A stretch of DNA of 64,000 nt from Clostridia bacterium (GTDB lineage Bacteria; Bacillota; Clostridia; UMGS1883; UMGS1540), in contig JAFSAU010000038.1 in assembly GCA_017442155.1 (NCBI GenBank), forward strand, positions 57,685-121,684, read 5' to 3'. Positions 44,507-54,417 of this stretch are shown here, piece by piece. The position numbers and the translations under genes were made by a program. The stretch's first letter is position 1, and every line of letters starts with the position of its first letter. The notes beneath the pieces were generated by a model. The model was not told the DNA's origin. It did not search any database and saw only the letters and a program-made list of their open reading frames with translations.

Positions 44507-44704
44507 TTATTTCATGCCGTTTTCATAAGACTGAATCATCTTCTTGACCATCTGTCCGCCAACAGAACCGGCCTGCTTGCTTGTCAGGTCGCCGTTGTAA
44601 CCTTCCTTGAGGTTTACGCCAACTTCGTTTGCAGCTTCCATCTTGAACTTGTCAAGTGCTGCACGTGCTTCGGGTACCAGGTTTCTCTTATTACTGTTTG
44701 CCAT
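44507..44704 (-). CDS. Alpha/beta-type small acid-soluble spore protein
   Basis: LVPEA..ALD.FK.E.A.EVGV, NGDLTS.QAGSVGG.MVK. Confidence 0.95.
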   Translation of the reverse strand: MANSNKRNLVPEARAALDKFKMEAANEVGVNLKEGYNGDLTSKQAGSVGGQMVKKMIQSYENGMK

Positions 44705-44753
44705 TTTAATCTACTCCTTTAAAATAAAAACTATAATTTGTCGGTGCAGTAGT

Positions 44754-44782
44754 TAGTGTGAGCATTTCATTATTTTATATGC
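44754..44782 (-). promoter_or_regulatory. Sigma-G-type promoter of the SASP gene
   Basis: GCATA-17 bp-CACACTA on the minus strand. Confidence 0.65.
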
Positions 44783-44882
44783 AGGGAATTTTTTGTATTT
44801 GGAGCAAAAAAATCTTGAAGAAAAACGGAAAATGTGATATTATTGAAAGAAAGAGATAAAAACACGAAAGCAGGAAGAGTGA

Positions 44883-47474
44883 ATGCAGAAAATCACACCG
44901 ATGATGCAGCAATATTTTGAGATTAAGGAGCAATACAGAGATGCGATTTTATTTTTCCGTCTCGGCGATTTTTATGAAATGTTCTATGAAGATGCGGAGG
45001 TTGCATCGAGAGAACTGGAAATTACGCTGACGGGGAAAAGTTGCGGCGCGGAGGAAAAGGCTCCTATGTGCGGCGTCCCGTTTCATTCGGCCGACGGCTA
45101 TATCGCCCGTCTTGTATCCAGGGGCTATAAAGTGGCCATCTGTGAGCAGGTGGAGGACCCGAAAGCGGCCAAGGGCATCGTCCGGCGGGACGTGGTGCGG
45201 ATTATCACACCCGGCACAACGCTCGATGAAAGTATTGTTACTGCAAGAGGCGAAAATTATATCTGCAGTGTATATAAAAACGGGGATGAGAGCGGCGTGA
45301 CCTTCTGCGAGGCTTCCACGGGGCAGATGCAGTGCACCGCCTTTGCCGATGATGCGACGGGAATGCTTCTTTCTGAAGAAATCGTCCGGATGCATCCTGC
45401 GGAAATCATTTATAATCTGGAGGCAGGCGAGTGCGAACGGGTACGCACGGCGGCAGAAATCTGTCAAAGTTATACGGTTTTATATAATGATGCTTTTTTT
45501 GACCCTGCCTATGCCGCGGCCGCGGTGGAGGAGCAGTTTGGCCACCGGAAGGAAGCTCTGCCCCCTGCCGCCATGCAGTCCACCGGAGCACTGCTTTCGT
45601 ATTTTGCCCAGACCCAGAAGGTAAAGCCCCTTCATATTACAGACATTACCGTGTATACCACCGCTCAATTTATGGAAATGGACATGGCGGCACTGAACAA
45701 TCTGGAGCTTTGCCGGAATATGCGGGACAGGGAAAAGAAGCATTCCCTCTACTGGGTGCTGGATGCCAGCCGTACTACCATGGGCAGCCGTACCGTGCGG
45801 GCCTGGCTGATGCGGCCGCTGATAAACTGCGCCCAGATTATGGCCCGGCACACGGCGGTGGAAGAGTTTGTAAAAAATCCCGCGCTGACCGACCGGGTAC
45901 GGGAGCTTTTCGGCGGCGTGTCCGATATGGAGCGGGTGACGGGGCGTGTGGTTATGGGCACGGCCAACCCGCGGGACCTGATTAAACTCCAGACCTCACT
46001 TGCCGTGATTCCCGAAATCAAGGCGGCACTGTCGGGAGCCAAAGCACTGCTTCTTCGGGAACAGGAGGAGAAGATGGATGCGCTTCCTGCCCTTTGTAGT
46101 CTGATTTCCCGGGCGATTGTGGACGAGCCGCCCATGACGGTACGCGAAGGCGGTATTATACGGGAGGGCTTTTCCGAAGCACTGGATGAACTGCGGCGGG
46201 CGAAAACCGACGGCGCAGGTATTATTGCAAAAATCGAAGCGGAGGAAAAAGAACGTACCGATATTAAAAATCTGCGGATTCGTTTTAATAAGGTTTTCGG
46301 TTATTATATTGAGGTTTCCAAATCTAATTTAGATAAGGTTCCGGCAGACTATATCCGTAAGCAGACTACGGTAAACGGCGAGCGGTATATCACGGAACAG
46401 CTCAAAGAGGTTGAAAGCGTTATCCTGGGGGCTTCCGAAAAGATTGTGGCTCTGGAATACCAGCTGTTTCAGGATATCCGGGACAGAATTGCGGCTGTGG
46501 CGGAGGCCTTGCAACGGACGGCCCACGCCATAGGTACGGCAGATGCGCTGGCGGCCCTCGGCGATGTTGCTATGCGAAATCGCTACGTCCGTCCGGAAAT
46601 AGATACCTCTGAAGCACTGGAAATCCGCGGTGGCCGTCATCCGGTGGTGGAAACCGTTTTGAAGGACGGCCTGTTTGTGCCGAACGATACCCGGCTGGAC
46701 ACGGATAAAAACCGTCTGGCCATCATCACCGGTCCCAATATGGCCGGTAAATCCACTTACATGCGGCAGATTGCCCTGATTGCGGTCATGGCCCAGATGG
46801 GAAGCTTTGTGCCGGCGGAATACTGCCGGTTGGGCATTATTGATAAGGTGTTTACGCGCATTGGCGCATCGGATGACCTTTCCACCGGCCGCAGTACCTT
46901 TATGGTGGAAATGAGCGAGGTGTCGGACATCCTGCGCCATGCCACGAAGAAAAGCCTTCTGGTGCTGGATGAAATCGGACGCGGCACCAGTACCTATGAC
47001 GGGCTGTCTATTGCCTGGTCCGTGCTGGAGCATTGCGTGACGAAAATCGGAGCCAAAACCTTATTTGCTACCCACTACCATGAGCTTACAAAGCTGGAAG
47101 ACAAGATGGAGGGGGTTATTAACTATAATATAGCCGCCAGAAAACGGGGGGATGACATTATATTTCTTCGGAAAATTGTGCCCGGGGGAACGGATGACAG
47201 CTACGGCATTGAGGTGGCACGGCTTGCCGGCGTGCCGGAAACGGTTACAAAGCGGGCCAAGCAAATCCTCCGTGAAATAGAGGAAGGCGGCGAGGGGGTG
47301 CAGATTCGCGGCAAATCCAAAAAGGAACCGGAAAGCACGGGACAGATTGGCTTTGCAGCACTGGCGGGAAGCGAGCTTCTGGACGAGCTCCGCGCCATTG
47401 ACGCCGAAACCCTGTCACCCATTGAGGCACTCAATACATTATACAAGCTAACGAAGAAAGCAAAGGAGATATAA
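44883..47474 (+). CDS. mutS: DNA mismatch repair protein MutS
   Basis: TPMMQQY, GDFYE, TGPNMAGKST, STFMVEM, DEIGRGTST, FATHYHEL, SYGIEVA. Confidence 0.98.
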   Translation: MQKITPMMQQYFEIKEQYRDAILFFRLGDFYEMFYEDAEVASRELEITLTGKSCGAEEKAPMCGVPFHSADGYIARLVSRGYKVAICEQVEDPKAAKGIVRRDVVRIITPGTTLDESIVTARGENYICSVYKNGDESGVTFCEASTGQMQCTAFADDATGMLLSEEIVRMHPAEIIYNLEAGECERVRTAAEICQSYTVLYNDAFFDPAYAAAAVEEQFGHRKEALPPAAMQSTGALLSYFAQTQKVKPLHITDITVYTTAQFMEMDMAALNNLELCRNMRDREKKHSLYWVLDASRTTMGSRTVRAWLMRPLINCAQIMARHTAVEEFVKNPALTDRVRELFGGVSDMERVTGRVVMGTANPRDLIKLQTSLAVIPEIKAALSGAKALLLREQEEKMDALPALCSLISRAIVDEPPMTVREGGIIREGFSEALDELRRAKTDGAGIIAKIEAEEKERTDIKNLRIRFNKVFGYYIEVSKSNLDKVPADYIRKQTTVNGERYITEQLKEVESVILGASEKIVALEYQLFQDIRDRIAAVAEALQRTAHAIGTADALAALGDVAMRNRYVRPEIDTSEALEIRGGRHPVVETVLKDGLFVPNDTRLDTDKNRLAIITGPNMAGKSTYMRQIALIAVMAQMGSFVPAEYCRLGIIDKVFTRIGASDDLSTGRSTFMVEMSEVSDILRHATKKSLLVLDEIGRGTSTYDGLSIAWSVLEHCVTKIGAKTLFATHYHELTKLEDKMEGVINYNIAARKRGDDIIFLRKIVPGGTDDSYGIEVARLAGVPETVTKRAKQILREIEEGGEGVQIRGKSKKEPESTGQIGFAALAGSELLDELRAIDAETLSPIEALNTLYKLTKKAKEI

Positions 47475-47475
47475 A

Positions 47476-47943
47476 ATGAACCTTCGTCAAGTTACCTTCG
47501 GAGCCATTATCGCGGCTGTTTATGCAGCACTCACATTGGTGCTGTCCCCCATCAGCATGGGCGCGGTGCAATGCCGTATTTCGGAGGCACTGACAATCTT
47601 GCCGCTGTTTACGCCGGTGGCAATTCCCGGCCTGTTTATCGGATGCCTGATAGCTAATGTTTTTCTCGGCTCCGTCTACGATATTGTTTTCGGGTCACTT
47701 ACAACGCTTTTAGCCGCATTTCTGACTTGGAAGTGCCGGAAAAATAAGTATATTGCAATGCTGTTTCCGGTGGTTCTCAATGCCGTTATCGTGGGAGGAT
47801 ACATCGGGTTGTTTCTGGATAATTCCATGGCCGTGTGGCTGTGTATGGCAATGGTGGGCCTTGGACAGGCGGTGGCCTGCTACGGGCTGGGTCTGCCGCT
47901 GTATAAAATTTTAAAAAAATTGTTTAGAAAGGAAGAGTTGTAA
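47476..47943 (+). CDS. queT: QueT-family (queuosine precursor) transporter
   Basis: AIIAAVY..LT, Q.RISEAL..LP, GC.IAN, D..FGS..T. Confidence 0.8.
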   Translation: MNLRQVTFGAIIAAVYAALTLVLSPISMGAVQCRISEALTILPLFTPVAIPGLFIGCLIANVFLGSVYDIVFGSLTTLLAAFLTWKCRKNKYIAMLFPVVLNAVIVGGYIGLFLDNSMAVWLCMAMVGLGQAVACYGLGLPLYKILKKLFRKEEL

Positions 47944-49043
47944 TGAGAATTGAGGAGATAGACAAGAATTTTGCCGCTGCTGCCTTCACCCGGCAGGATG
48001 TGAAGTTCTATGATGTGCGCAAGGAACCGTTCCGGATTTACGGATTATATAATCCGGTAGAAGAGCCGGTATTCCGTAGGATGCCGGGGGAGGTGGCCGA
48101 TGCGGTAAGCCCCCGCGTTTCCGGGCTGTCTCTGCATACGGCCGGCGGCCGTGTCCGCTTTAAAACCAATTCCCCCTTTATCGCTATCCGGGCAGAAATG
48201 CCGGAGCTTTTCCCCATGAGCCATATGCCCCGGACAGGGCAGGCGGGCTTTGCCGTCTATTTTAATAAAAACGGACAAAGCACCTATTACCGGACGTTCA
48301 AGCCGGACTCTTTGCGTCTTATGGAGGGCAAGGGCATTACGGGCATCGTGGAGTTTGTAGATATTCCCGAGGAGGATATGCGGGACGTAACCGTGTATTT
48401 TCCGCTGTACGGCATGGTGGACAGCTTGTATATTGGTCTCCAGGAGGATGCCGAGGTGCTTCCAGGCGATACATACAAAAGGGAAAAGCCGGTGGTCTTT
48501 TACGGCTCGTCCATCACCCAGGGCGGCTGTGCCTCCCATCCGGGCAACTGCTATCAGGGCTTTCTCTCACGCCGTTTTGATTTTGACTATGTAAATCTCG
48601 GCTTTTCCGGCAATGCTAAGGCTGAGGATGCCATGATTGACTATATCTGCGGGCTGGATATGTCCATGTTTGTGTATGACTATGACCATAATGCCCCGAG
48701 TCTCGAGCATCTCCGAAATACCCACGATAAAATGTTCCGTGCCATACGTGCGGCCCACCCGGATATGCCGGTTATTTTCATGAGTGCACCGAACTTCGAT
48801 ACCAATCGGGACCACTGGACACCCCGCCGGGCTTTGATTTTTGAAAACTACGCCCGCGCGGCTGCGGAAGGCGACAAGAATGTGTATTATGTGGACGGTG
48901 AACGTCTTTTCGGCGGAGACTGCCGGGACGGCTGCACCGTGGACGGCTGTCATCCTAACGACCTGGGCTTCTACCGCATGGCAGATGCTGTGGGTGCCAC
49001 AATGGAAATTATCTATAGCCGGGAAGGCTGTAAATACGAGTAA
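47943..49043 (+). CDS. SGNH/GDSL esterase with N-terminal beta-sandwich domain
   Basis: FYGSSITQG, NLGFSG, DYDHN, DGCHP. Confidence 0.88.
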   Translation: MRIEEIDKNFAAAAFTRQDVKFYDVRKEPFRIYGLYNPVEEPVFRRMPGEVADAVSPRVSGLSLHTAGGRVRFKTNSPFIAIRAEMPELFPMSHMPRTGQAGFAVYFNKNGQSTYYRTFKPDSLRLMEGKGITGIVEFVDIPEEDMRDVTVYFPLYGMVDSLYIGLQEDAEVLPGDTYKREKPVVFYGSSITQGGCASHPGNCYQGFLSRRFDFDYVNLGFSGNAKAEDAMIDYICGLDMSMFVYDYDHNAPSLEHLRNTHDKMFRAIRAAHPDMPVIFMSAPNFDTNRDHWTPRRALIFENYARAAAEGDKNVYYVDGERLFGGDCRDGCTVDGCHPNDLGFYRMADAVGATMEIIYSREGCKYE

Positions 49044-49055
49044 GGAGAAATAAAA

Positions 49056-49313
49056 ATGCCGGAACAAATGAAAGGACTCGCGATTGTTGTTTTGATTTTT
49101 CTGGGCTTTCCAGTCTATTTCCTGCCGGCGTATCTGGCGGCAAAACGGGAGCATCCGAAAAGAAAAAAGATTCTTCTGTGGAATCTGCTGACTGCCTGGA
49201 CGGGCATCGGCTGGGTGGTGCTGATTTTCATGGCCGCAAAAAACAGTGGTACGGAAACAATACTGGAGCAGATGGAAGCGTCACGGCCGGAGGAAGATGA
49301 GAGACCGCAGTGA
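49056..49313 (+). CDS. Superinfection immunity family membrane protein (T4 Imm-like)
   Basis: YFLP..LA..R.H.....I...NL...WT.IGW. Confidence 0.8.
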   Translation: MPEQMKGLAIVVLIFLGFPVYFLPAYLAAKREHPKRKKILLWNLLTAWTGIGWVVLIFMAAKNSGTETILEQMEASRPEEDERPQ

Positions 49314-49392
49314 TATTTGGAAAAAAGTTTGCTTTTGGGAAAGAAATATGGTATACTGATATTAATAAAAAACGAATTTGGAGGCAATGCAT

Positions 49393-51075
49393 ATGAAGGC
49401 AAGTGAAAGACCCTTATATGAGGTCGAAAAAATCCGTGACATAAAGGAAATGCTGAATAAAAGTGTGGAAAAATTTGGCCCCAAGGCGGCTTTTCTTTCC
49501 AAGGTGAACGGAAAGTACGAACCTATCAGCTACAATCAGTTCGGTGCGGACGTAAACGCAATGGGAACGGCCCTTTTGCACAGGGGCTACGGCGGCAAGC
49601 GCATCATCGTTATCGGTGAAAACCGTTACGAATGGGATGTTACATATATGGCCGTGCTTTGTGGCGTCGGTATCGTTGTCCCTATGGACAAGGAGCTGCC
49701 GGAGAAGGAAGCGTTGCAGATGATAGAAACGGCGGAAGCGGATGCGGTTATGTATGCGCCAAAAAATGAAAAGACGATTATGAATGCCCCCGGGGTGGAA
49801 AAATTCAGCATGGAAACCGATTTCCCCGCTCTTTTAGAGGAAGGCCGGAAGTTATTGGAAGCGGGAGACCGCAGCTATCTGGATATTGAAATTGACCCGG
49901 AAGAAATGCGGATTCTGCTCTTTACGTCGGGTACTACTTCTTCCGCAAAGGCGGTTATGCTCAATCACCGGAATATTGCGGAGAACCTTATGGGCATGTG
50001 CGCCATGACCTATATCGGACCGGACGATGTTTTTCTGTCCGTTTTGCCGATTCATCATACCTATGAGTGCACCTGTGGCTTTATCTGCCAGATTTACCGC
50101 GGTACCACCGTGGCGTACAGCGACGGTCTGAGGTATATCACGAAAAACCTGGCTGAATGCAAGGCAACCATGATGCTGGGTGTTCCGCTCCTTGTGGAAA
50201 CCATGTATAACCAGGTGTGGAAAAAGGCGGAAAAGAGCGGTCGGGCCAAAAAGCTCCGGCTTGGTATCAAAATCAGCCGTGCCCTCCTGAAGATAGGTAT
50301 TGACAAGAGACGGGAGCTGTTTAAAGACATTCATGAGGCACTGGGCGGCAAGCTGCGGATGCTGGTTGTGGGTGCCGCGGCGATGGACCCGGTGGTGGCA
50401 GAGGGACTGCGTGATTTCGGCATTGAAGTGATTCAGGGCTATGGCCTGACGGAATGTGCGCCTATTGCGGCCCTCAATCGGGATTGTAATTACCGGGATG
50501 CGGCGGCGGGTCTGCCTCTGCCCGGTGTGGACATTCAGATTGATGACCCGGATGAAAACGGCATCGGCGAAATTCTGATTCGCGGCAAGAATGTAATGAT
50601 GGGCTACTACAATAACCCTGCGGCTACAGCCGAAGTCCTGCGGGACGGCTGGTTCTGCTCCGGGGACTATGGCTATATAGATAAAGACGGCTTTGTGTAT
50701 ATCACGGGCCGGAAAAAGAACGTAATTGTCACGAAAAACGGCAAGAACATTTTCCCGGAGGAAATTGAAACCTACTTAAACCGCGCCCCCATCGTGGCAG
50801 AATCTATGGTTTACGGCATAGATACACCCGACGGCGATATCGAGGTGGCCGTGCAGGTCCTGCCCGATTTGGAAGAAGCTAAAAAGCTTCTCGGCGAATC
50901 GTACACGAAGGAACAGCTGCAGAAAGCGGTGGAAGCAGCAGTGCTGGACGTAAACCATAGCCTGCAGGGCTATAAGCGCGTCGGGAAAGTCTTTGTCCGC
51001 GAGGAAGAATTTGAAAAGACAACCACGAAGAAAATCAAACGTCACGTCGAAATCGCAAAGATGAAAAATCAATAA
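49393..51075 (+). CDS. Long-chain fatty acid-CoA ligase
   Basis: FTSGTT...K, LPIHH.YE, QGYGLTE, SGD.G, GRKKNVI, IFPEEIE; upstream TTGCTT-17-TATACT. Confidence 0.9.
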   Translation: MKASERPLYEVEKIRDIKEMLNKSVEKFGPKAAFLSKVNGKYEPISYNQFGADVNAMGTALLHRGYGGKRIIVIGENRYEWDVTYMAVLCGVGIVVPMDKELPEKEALQMIETAEADAVMYAPKNEKTIMNAPGVEKFSMETDFPALLEEGRKLLEAGDRSYLDIEIDPEEMRILLFTSGTTSSAKAVMLNHRNIAENLMGMCAMTYIGPDDVFLSVLPIHHTYECTCGFICQIYRGTTVAYSDGLRYITKNLAECKATMMLGVPLLVETMYNQVWKKAEKSGRAKKLRLGIKISRALLKIGIDKRRELFKDIHEALGGKLRMLVVGAAAMDPVVAEGLRDFGIEVIQGYGLTECAPIAALNRDCNYRDAAAGLPLPGVDIQIDDPDENGIGEILIRGKNVMMGYYNNPAATAEVLRDGWFCSGDYGYIDKDGFVYITGRKKNVIVTKNGKNIFPEEIETYLNRAPIVAESMVYGIDTPDGDIEVAVQVLPDLEEAKKLLGESYTKEQLQKAVEAAVLDVNHSLQGYKRVGKVFVREEEFEKTTTKKIKRHVEIAKMKNQ

Positions 51076-51091
51076 AACTAACACCAAAACC

Positions 51092-51122
51092 GGCAGGGAA
51101 ACCTCGTGTTTCCCTGCTTTTT
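51092..51122 (+). terminator. Rho-independent terminator
   Basis: GCAGGGAAAC-CTCGT-GTTTCCCTGC + TTTTT. Confidence 0.85.
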
Positions 51123-51127
51123 CCATG

Positions 51128-51167
51128 TTCGACAGTATTTGACAAAAAGCGGTTTTTGTGGTAAAAT
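51128..51167 (+). promoter_or_regulatory. Sigma-A promoter with tandem Spo0A-box-like sites
   Basis: TTGACA-17 bp-(TGG)TAAAAT; TTCGACA at 51128 and TTTGACA at 51138. Confidence 0.65.
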
Positions 51168-51189
51168 AAATATAAGGAGGGCACGAGGC

Positions 51190-51906
51190 ATGAAAATAGC
51201 GATATGTGACGACAACAAAGTGATTTTAGACGGGCTTACGGCCGGTATCCGGGACCTGGACCCGGAGAAGAACGAAATCCAATGCTTTTCGAGCGGGGAT
51301 ATGCTGCTTCGAGCCTATAAAGCCGGAAAGGTCGGGTTTGACGTGATTTTTCTGGATATCGAAATGGAAGGCATGGACGGCATAGAAACCGCAAATGCAA
51401 TCCGAAGCCTGGACAGACATGTGCTGATTGTTTTTGTAACAAGCCACGAGCGACATGCGCGTAGATGCTTTGAATGCAGACCGTTCCGATTTTTGCTAAA
51501 GCCGGTTTCGGAGGCAGATTTGCAGAAGGTGTACGGAGAAATCAGCCGCTGCCTTGCGGAGGAACGAAAAACCTTTGTATTCACGGAGAATAAGCAGCAC
51601 ATCCGGCTTTTCTGCGAGGATATTCTTTTCTTTGAAAGCCGGGGACACTGGATTGTTTTACATAAAAAAGACGGTCAGACCCATAAAATTCAGAAAAATA
51701 TGAAGGAACTGATGGAAAGCGTGGATAAAAGCCACTTTTGCCGTGTACACCGGGCTTTTGTGGTCAATCTAAATGCAGTGTATACGGTTGGAAACACAGA
51801 GCTTTCGTTGCATCAATCCGAAAAAACGATACCACTTGGCCGGACATATAAAAAAGAGTTTATGGACTTTTTCACGGCATTTAAAGAAAGGAAGTATTTA
51901 TTATGA
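51190..51906 (+). CDS. LytTR-family response regulator
   Basis: IAICDD, FLDIEM..MDG, FVTS, LLKP, F.RVHRAF.VN. Confidence 0.93.
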   Translation: MKIAICDDNKVILDGLTAGIRDLDPEKNEIQCFSSGDMLLRAYKAGKVGFDVIFLDIEMEGMDGIETANAIRSLDRHVLIVFVTSHERHARRCFECRPFRFLLKPVSEADLQKVYGEISRCLAEERKTFVFTENKQHIRLFCEDILFFESRGHWIVLHKKDGQTHKIQKNMKELMESVDKSHFCRVHRAFVVNLNAVYTVGNTELSLHQSEKTIPLGRTYKKEFMDFFTAFKERKYLL

Positions 51907-53195
51907 CAATGGGAACAATCGTCAATCTTTTAAGCGGAGTTGTGGAAGCCATTATTACGCTTATGCTTATAAAGGTGTATACAGAAAAGCCACGGCCGTT
52001 TTACGCCTATGTGCTGGGGGCGCTGGTGCTGGCCGGGATTACGATGTTGAGCAATTATTTTTTCAACATCGGATATTTGAATTTATTTATTTTGATTTTG
52101 ATGGTTTTCAGCGTGTCGGCTGTTTTTACGAAAAGTGTCAAACAAGGAATACAAATCGGGGCCATTACGATGGCGGTTTTTCTTACAACGGAATTTGTTG
52201 TGCTATCCCTGATGTCTCTCCTGACGGGCATAACCGTGGAAGATGCGACAAACATAGAAAACGCTCGCATTACGGGAACGATTCTTTCTAAGCTTTTGGC
52301 GTATGTGATAATGAAGGTGATTTGTACAAGGCACAGATCCAGCCGGGACGTGGCGTTGAAGGCATCCTATTGGATATTATTTTTTGTTATTTTTATGATT
52401 TCTACCATGTCCATTTATGTGCTGTATATTCTGCAGTATTACAGTGTCGCACCGAAGTTCTATAATACCTTGGCGAACTGGTGCTCCTTAGGGCTTTCCT
52501 TCGCAACGTTTTTCTACCTGTACTTGTACGAAAAAATTGTACGGCAGGCTGCAGAGGAGAAAAAGCAGGAGATATTGCGGCAGCAGGTACGTGCACAGGC
52601 AAAGCATATGGACGAAATACTGATGGCGCAGACCGAAGTGAAAAAATTACGGCACGACTTGAAAAATCACAATATATCCATTAAAGCGTATCTGGAGCAG
52701 AATGACTGTGCGGGAGCACTCGCATACCTTGAAGGAATACAGGAAAATTCAGCTTTTCATGAAAAATTTTTTGACACAGGAAATATAACGCTGGATGCCA
52801 TACTGAATACCAAAAGGCAGATTGCACAAAGCAGAGGAATAGATCTTTCAGTTTTGCTGCAAATTCCGGAAAATCTATTTTTGGATCCGATTGATATCTG
52901 CGTTTTATTCGGAAATGCGCTGGATAATGCAATTGAGGCCTGCGAGCGGATGCAAAGCGGGCATAAGTGGGTGAAGTTGTCGGCAACCTATGAAAAAGGT
53001 ACGCTGTACTGTAAAATCAGTAACTCTGCGGAGAAGACAGAGGGCGGTTTTTTGCAGACGGCGAAGAAAGGAAACGGGAAACACGGATTTGGTATCGGCA
53101 ATATGGAAGCCACGCTTGTAAAATATGACAGCGTACATACCTTTGAACAAACGGATGAAGAGTTTTCATTTTTTTTCCAAATTACGGAGAGATGA
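51903..53195 (+). CDS. AgrC/VirS-like GHKL sensor histidine kinase
   Basis: ~6 TM helices; RHDLKNH, TGN..LD.IL, GNALDNAIEA, HGFGIGN; ATGA overlap. Confidence 0.92.
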   Translation: MTMGTIVNLLSGVVEAIITLMLIKVYTEKPRPFYAYVLGALVLAGITMLSNYFFNIGYLNLFILILMVFSVSAVFTKSVKQGIQIGAITMAVFLTTEFVVLSLMSLLTGITVEDATNIENARITGTILSKLLAYVIMKVICTRHRSSRDVALKASYWILFFVIFMISTMSIYVLYILQYYSVAPKFYNTLANWCSLGLSFATFFYLYLYEKIVRQAAEEKKQEILRQQVRAQAKHMDEILMAQTEVKKLRHDLKNHNISIKAYLEQNDCAGALAYLEGIQENSAFHEKFFDTGNITLDAILNTKRQIAQSRGIDLSVLLQIPENLFLDPIDICVLFGNALDNAIEACERMQSGHKWVKLSATYEKGTLYCKISNSAEKTEGGFLQTAKKGNGKHGFGIGNMEATLVKYDSVHTFEQTDEEFSFFFQITER

Positions 53196-53263
53196 AAGAA
53201 ACCGCGATTTTTCAAGAGCTCGGAGGCACTTTTTGGATGCTTTCCGGGCTTTTTTGTTTGCAT

Positions 53264-53327
53264 TTTGTGCTGTGCAGAACGTCGTTTGTGCATATGCACC
53301 CATAAAAGGAGCGATTTATGCTATACT
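53264..53327 (+). promoter_or_regulatory. Putative LytTR-activated promoter
   Basis: TTTGTGC repeated at 53264 and 53285 (21-bp period) upstream of a poor -35 and an extended -10 TGcTATACT. Confidence 0.55.
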
Positions 53328-53358
53328 GTACATACAAAAAGAAAGGAGCGATAAAACA

Positions 53359-54384
53359 ATGAAAAACAAATGTAAAAAATGGTTGGCACTGGGGGTGAGT
53401 CTGGCAATGCTATTGCCGGCCGTCGTATCTGCGAAAGGAAAGACAACTTCCGCAGAATATTATGACGATGCGGATTATTTATTGATTGACATGCAGAGCA
53501 CTGCGGTAACAAGGGACATTGAAAAAAACGAAATTATCTTCCAAAACAGCGATACAGAAGATACGAGCATTTACATCATAGACGAGAAAACACTTCTGCC
53601 TGAAGATGCGGCCACAGCATCGGTGTACATCGAAGGGTTTGTATCGGGGAGCTACCCCTGGATTCAATTTTTTGTGCCGATAAGCAAATATTATGAATAT
53701 AGTAAAAAACAAAATGAGGAAATCCGGATTCCGGCAATATTTGTTTTTTCCGCAGAAATATATAAATACGGCGGTGATGACAGAGACCCGATAGAAGAGG
53801 AATTCAGCTTCCTTGAGATTTTCGGTATCATAGAAGGAAACGAATCCGGCAAGGTAAATCTGGATATTCCGGTCAGCCGGGCGGATATGGCGCAGATTGT
53901 TCTTAATATGCTGAATCTGAAAAATACACCGGCCTTCGGTATGCAGCCGGGGGAAACCTTTACAGATGTACCAGAGGAGCATCCGGCCTTTAACGCCGCG
54001 CATCTGGCCATGCAGATGGGGCACGTTTCGGGCTACGGGGATGGTACCTTCCGGCCGGAAGTGCATATAACAAATGAACAGGCCGTAAAGATGCTGGTTT
54101 CCATGCTGGGTTATGCACCGCGGGCAGGGGAACGGGGCGGCTATCCGGACGGGTACTGGAGCGTGGCGGAGGAAATCGGTCTTCTGGAGAATACAACGCT
54201 GGAAAGAACGGCAGAGGCCACCCAGGGACAGATTGCGCGGCTTCTGATGAACGCTGTGTACCTGCCGGTGATGGAACAGACGGTCTACAGTAATAACCCC
54301 GTCTATACCGTGATGGACGGCGTGGACGGAGCGCTTATGCGGTTTTTTGATAAATATCTGAGTCAGCCGCATCTGGAACGATAA
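53359..54384 (+). CDS. Secreted SLH-domain protein
   Basis: Signal peptide; GIIEG..VSRADMA, FTDVP..HP, GYGDGTFRPE..IT..QA.KML, GYPDGY; RBS GAAAGGAG. Confidence 0.88.
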   Translation: MKNKCKKWLALGVSLAMLLPAVVSAKGKTTSAEYYDDADYLLIDMQSTAVTRDIEKNEIIFQNSDTEDTSIYIIDEKTLLPEDAATASVYIEGFVSGSYPWIQFFVPISKYYEYSKKQNEEIRIPAIFVFSAEIYKYGGDDRDPIEEEFSFLEIFGIIEGNESGKVNLDIPVSRADMAQIVLNMLNLKNTPAFGMQPGETFTDVPEEHPAFNAAHLAMQMGHVSGYGDGTFRPEVHITNEQAVKMLVSMLGYAPRAGERGGYPDGYWSVAEEIGLLENTTLERTAEATQGQIARLLMNAVYLPVMEQTVYSNNPVYTVMDGVDGALMRFFDKYLSQPHLER

Positions 54385-54417
54385 TATTACAGTTCGGATA
54401 AAGAAAGGAGAGCGCAA

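Noticed and set aside
51190-53195. Complete agr quorum-sensing locus
   Set aside because: No agrB or agrD-like ORF beside the kinase and regulator.
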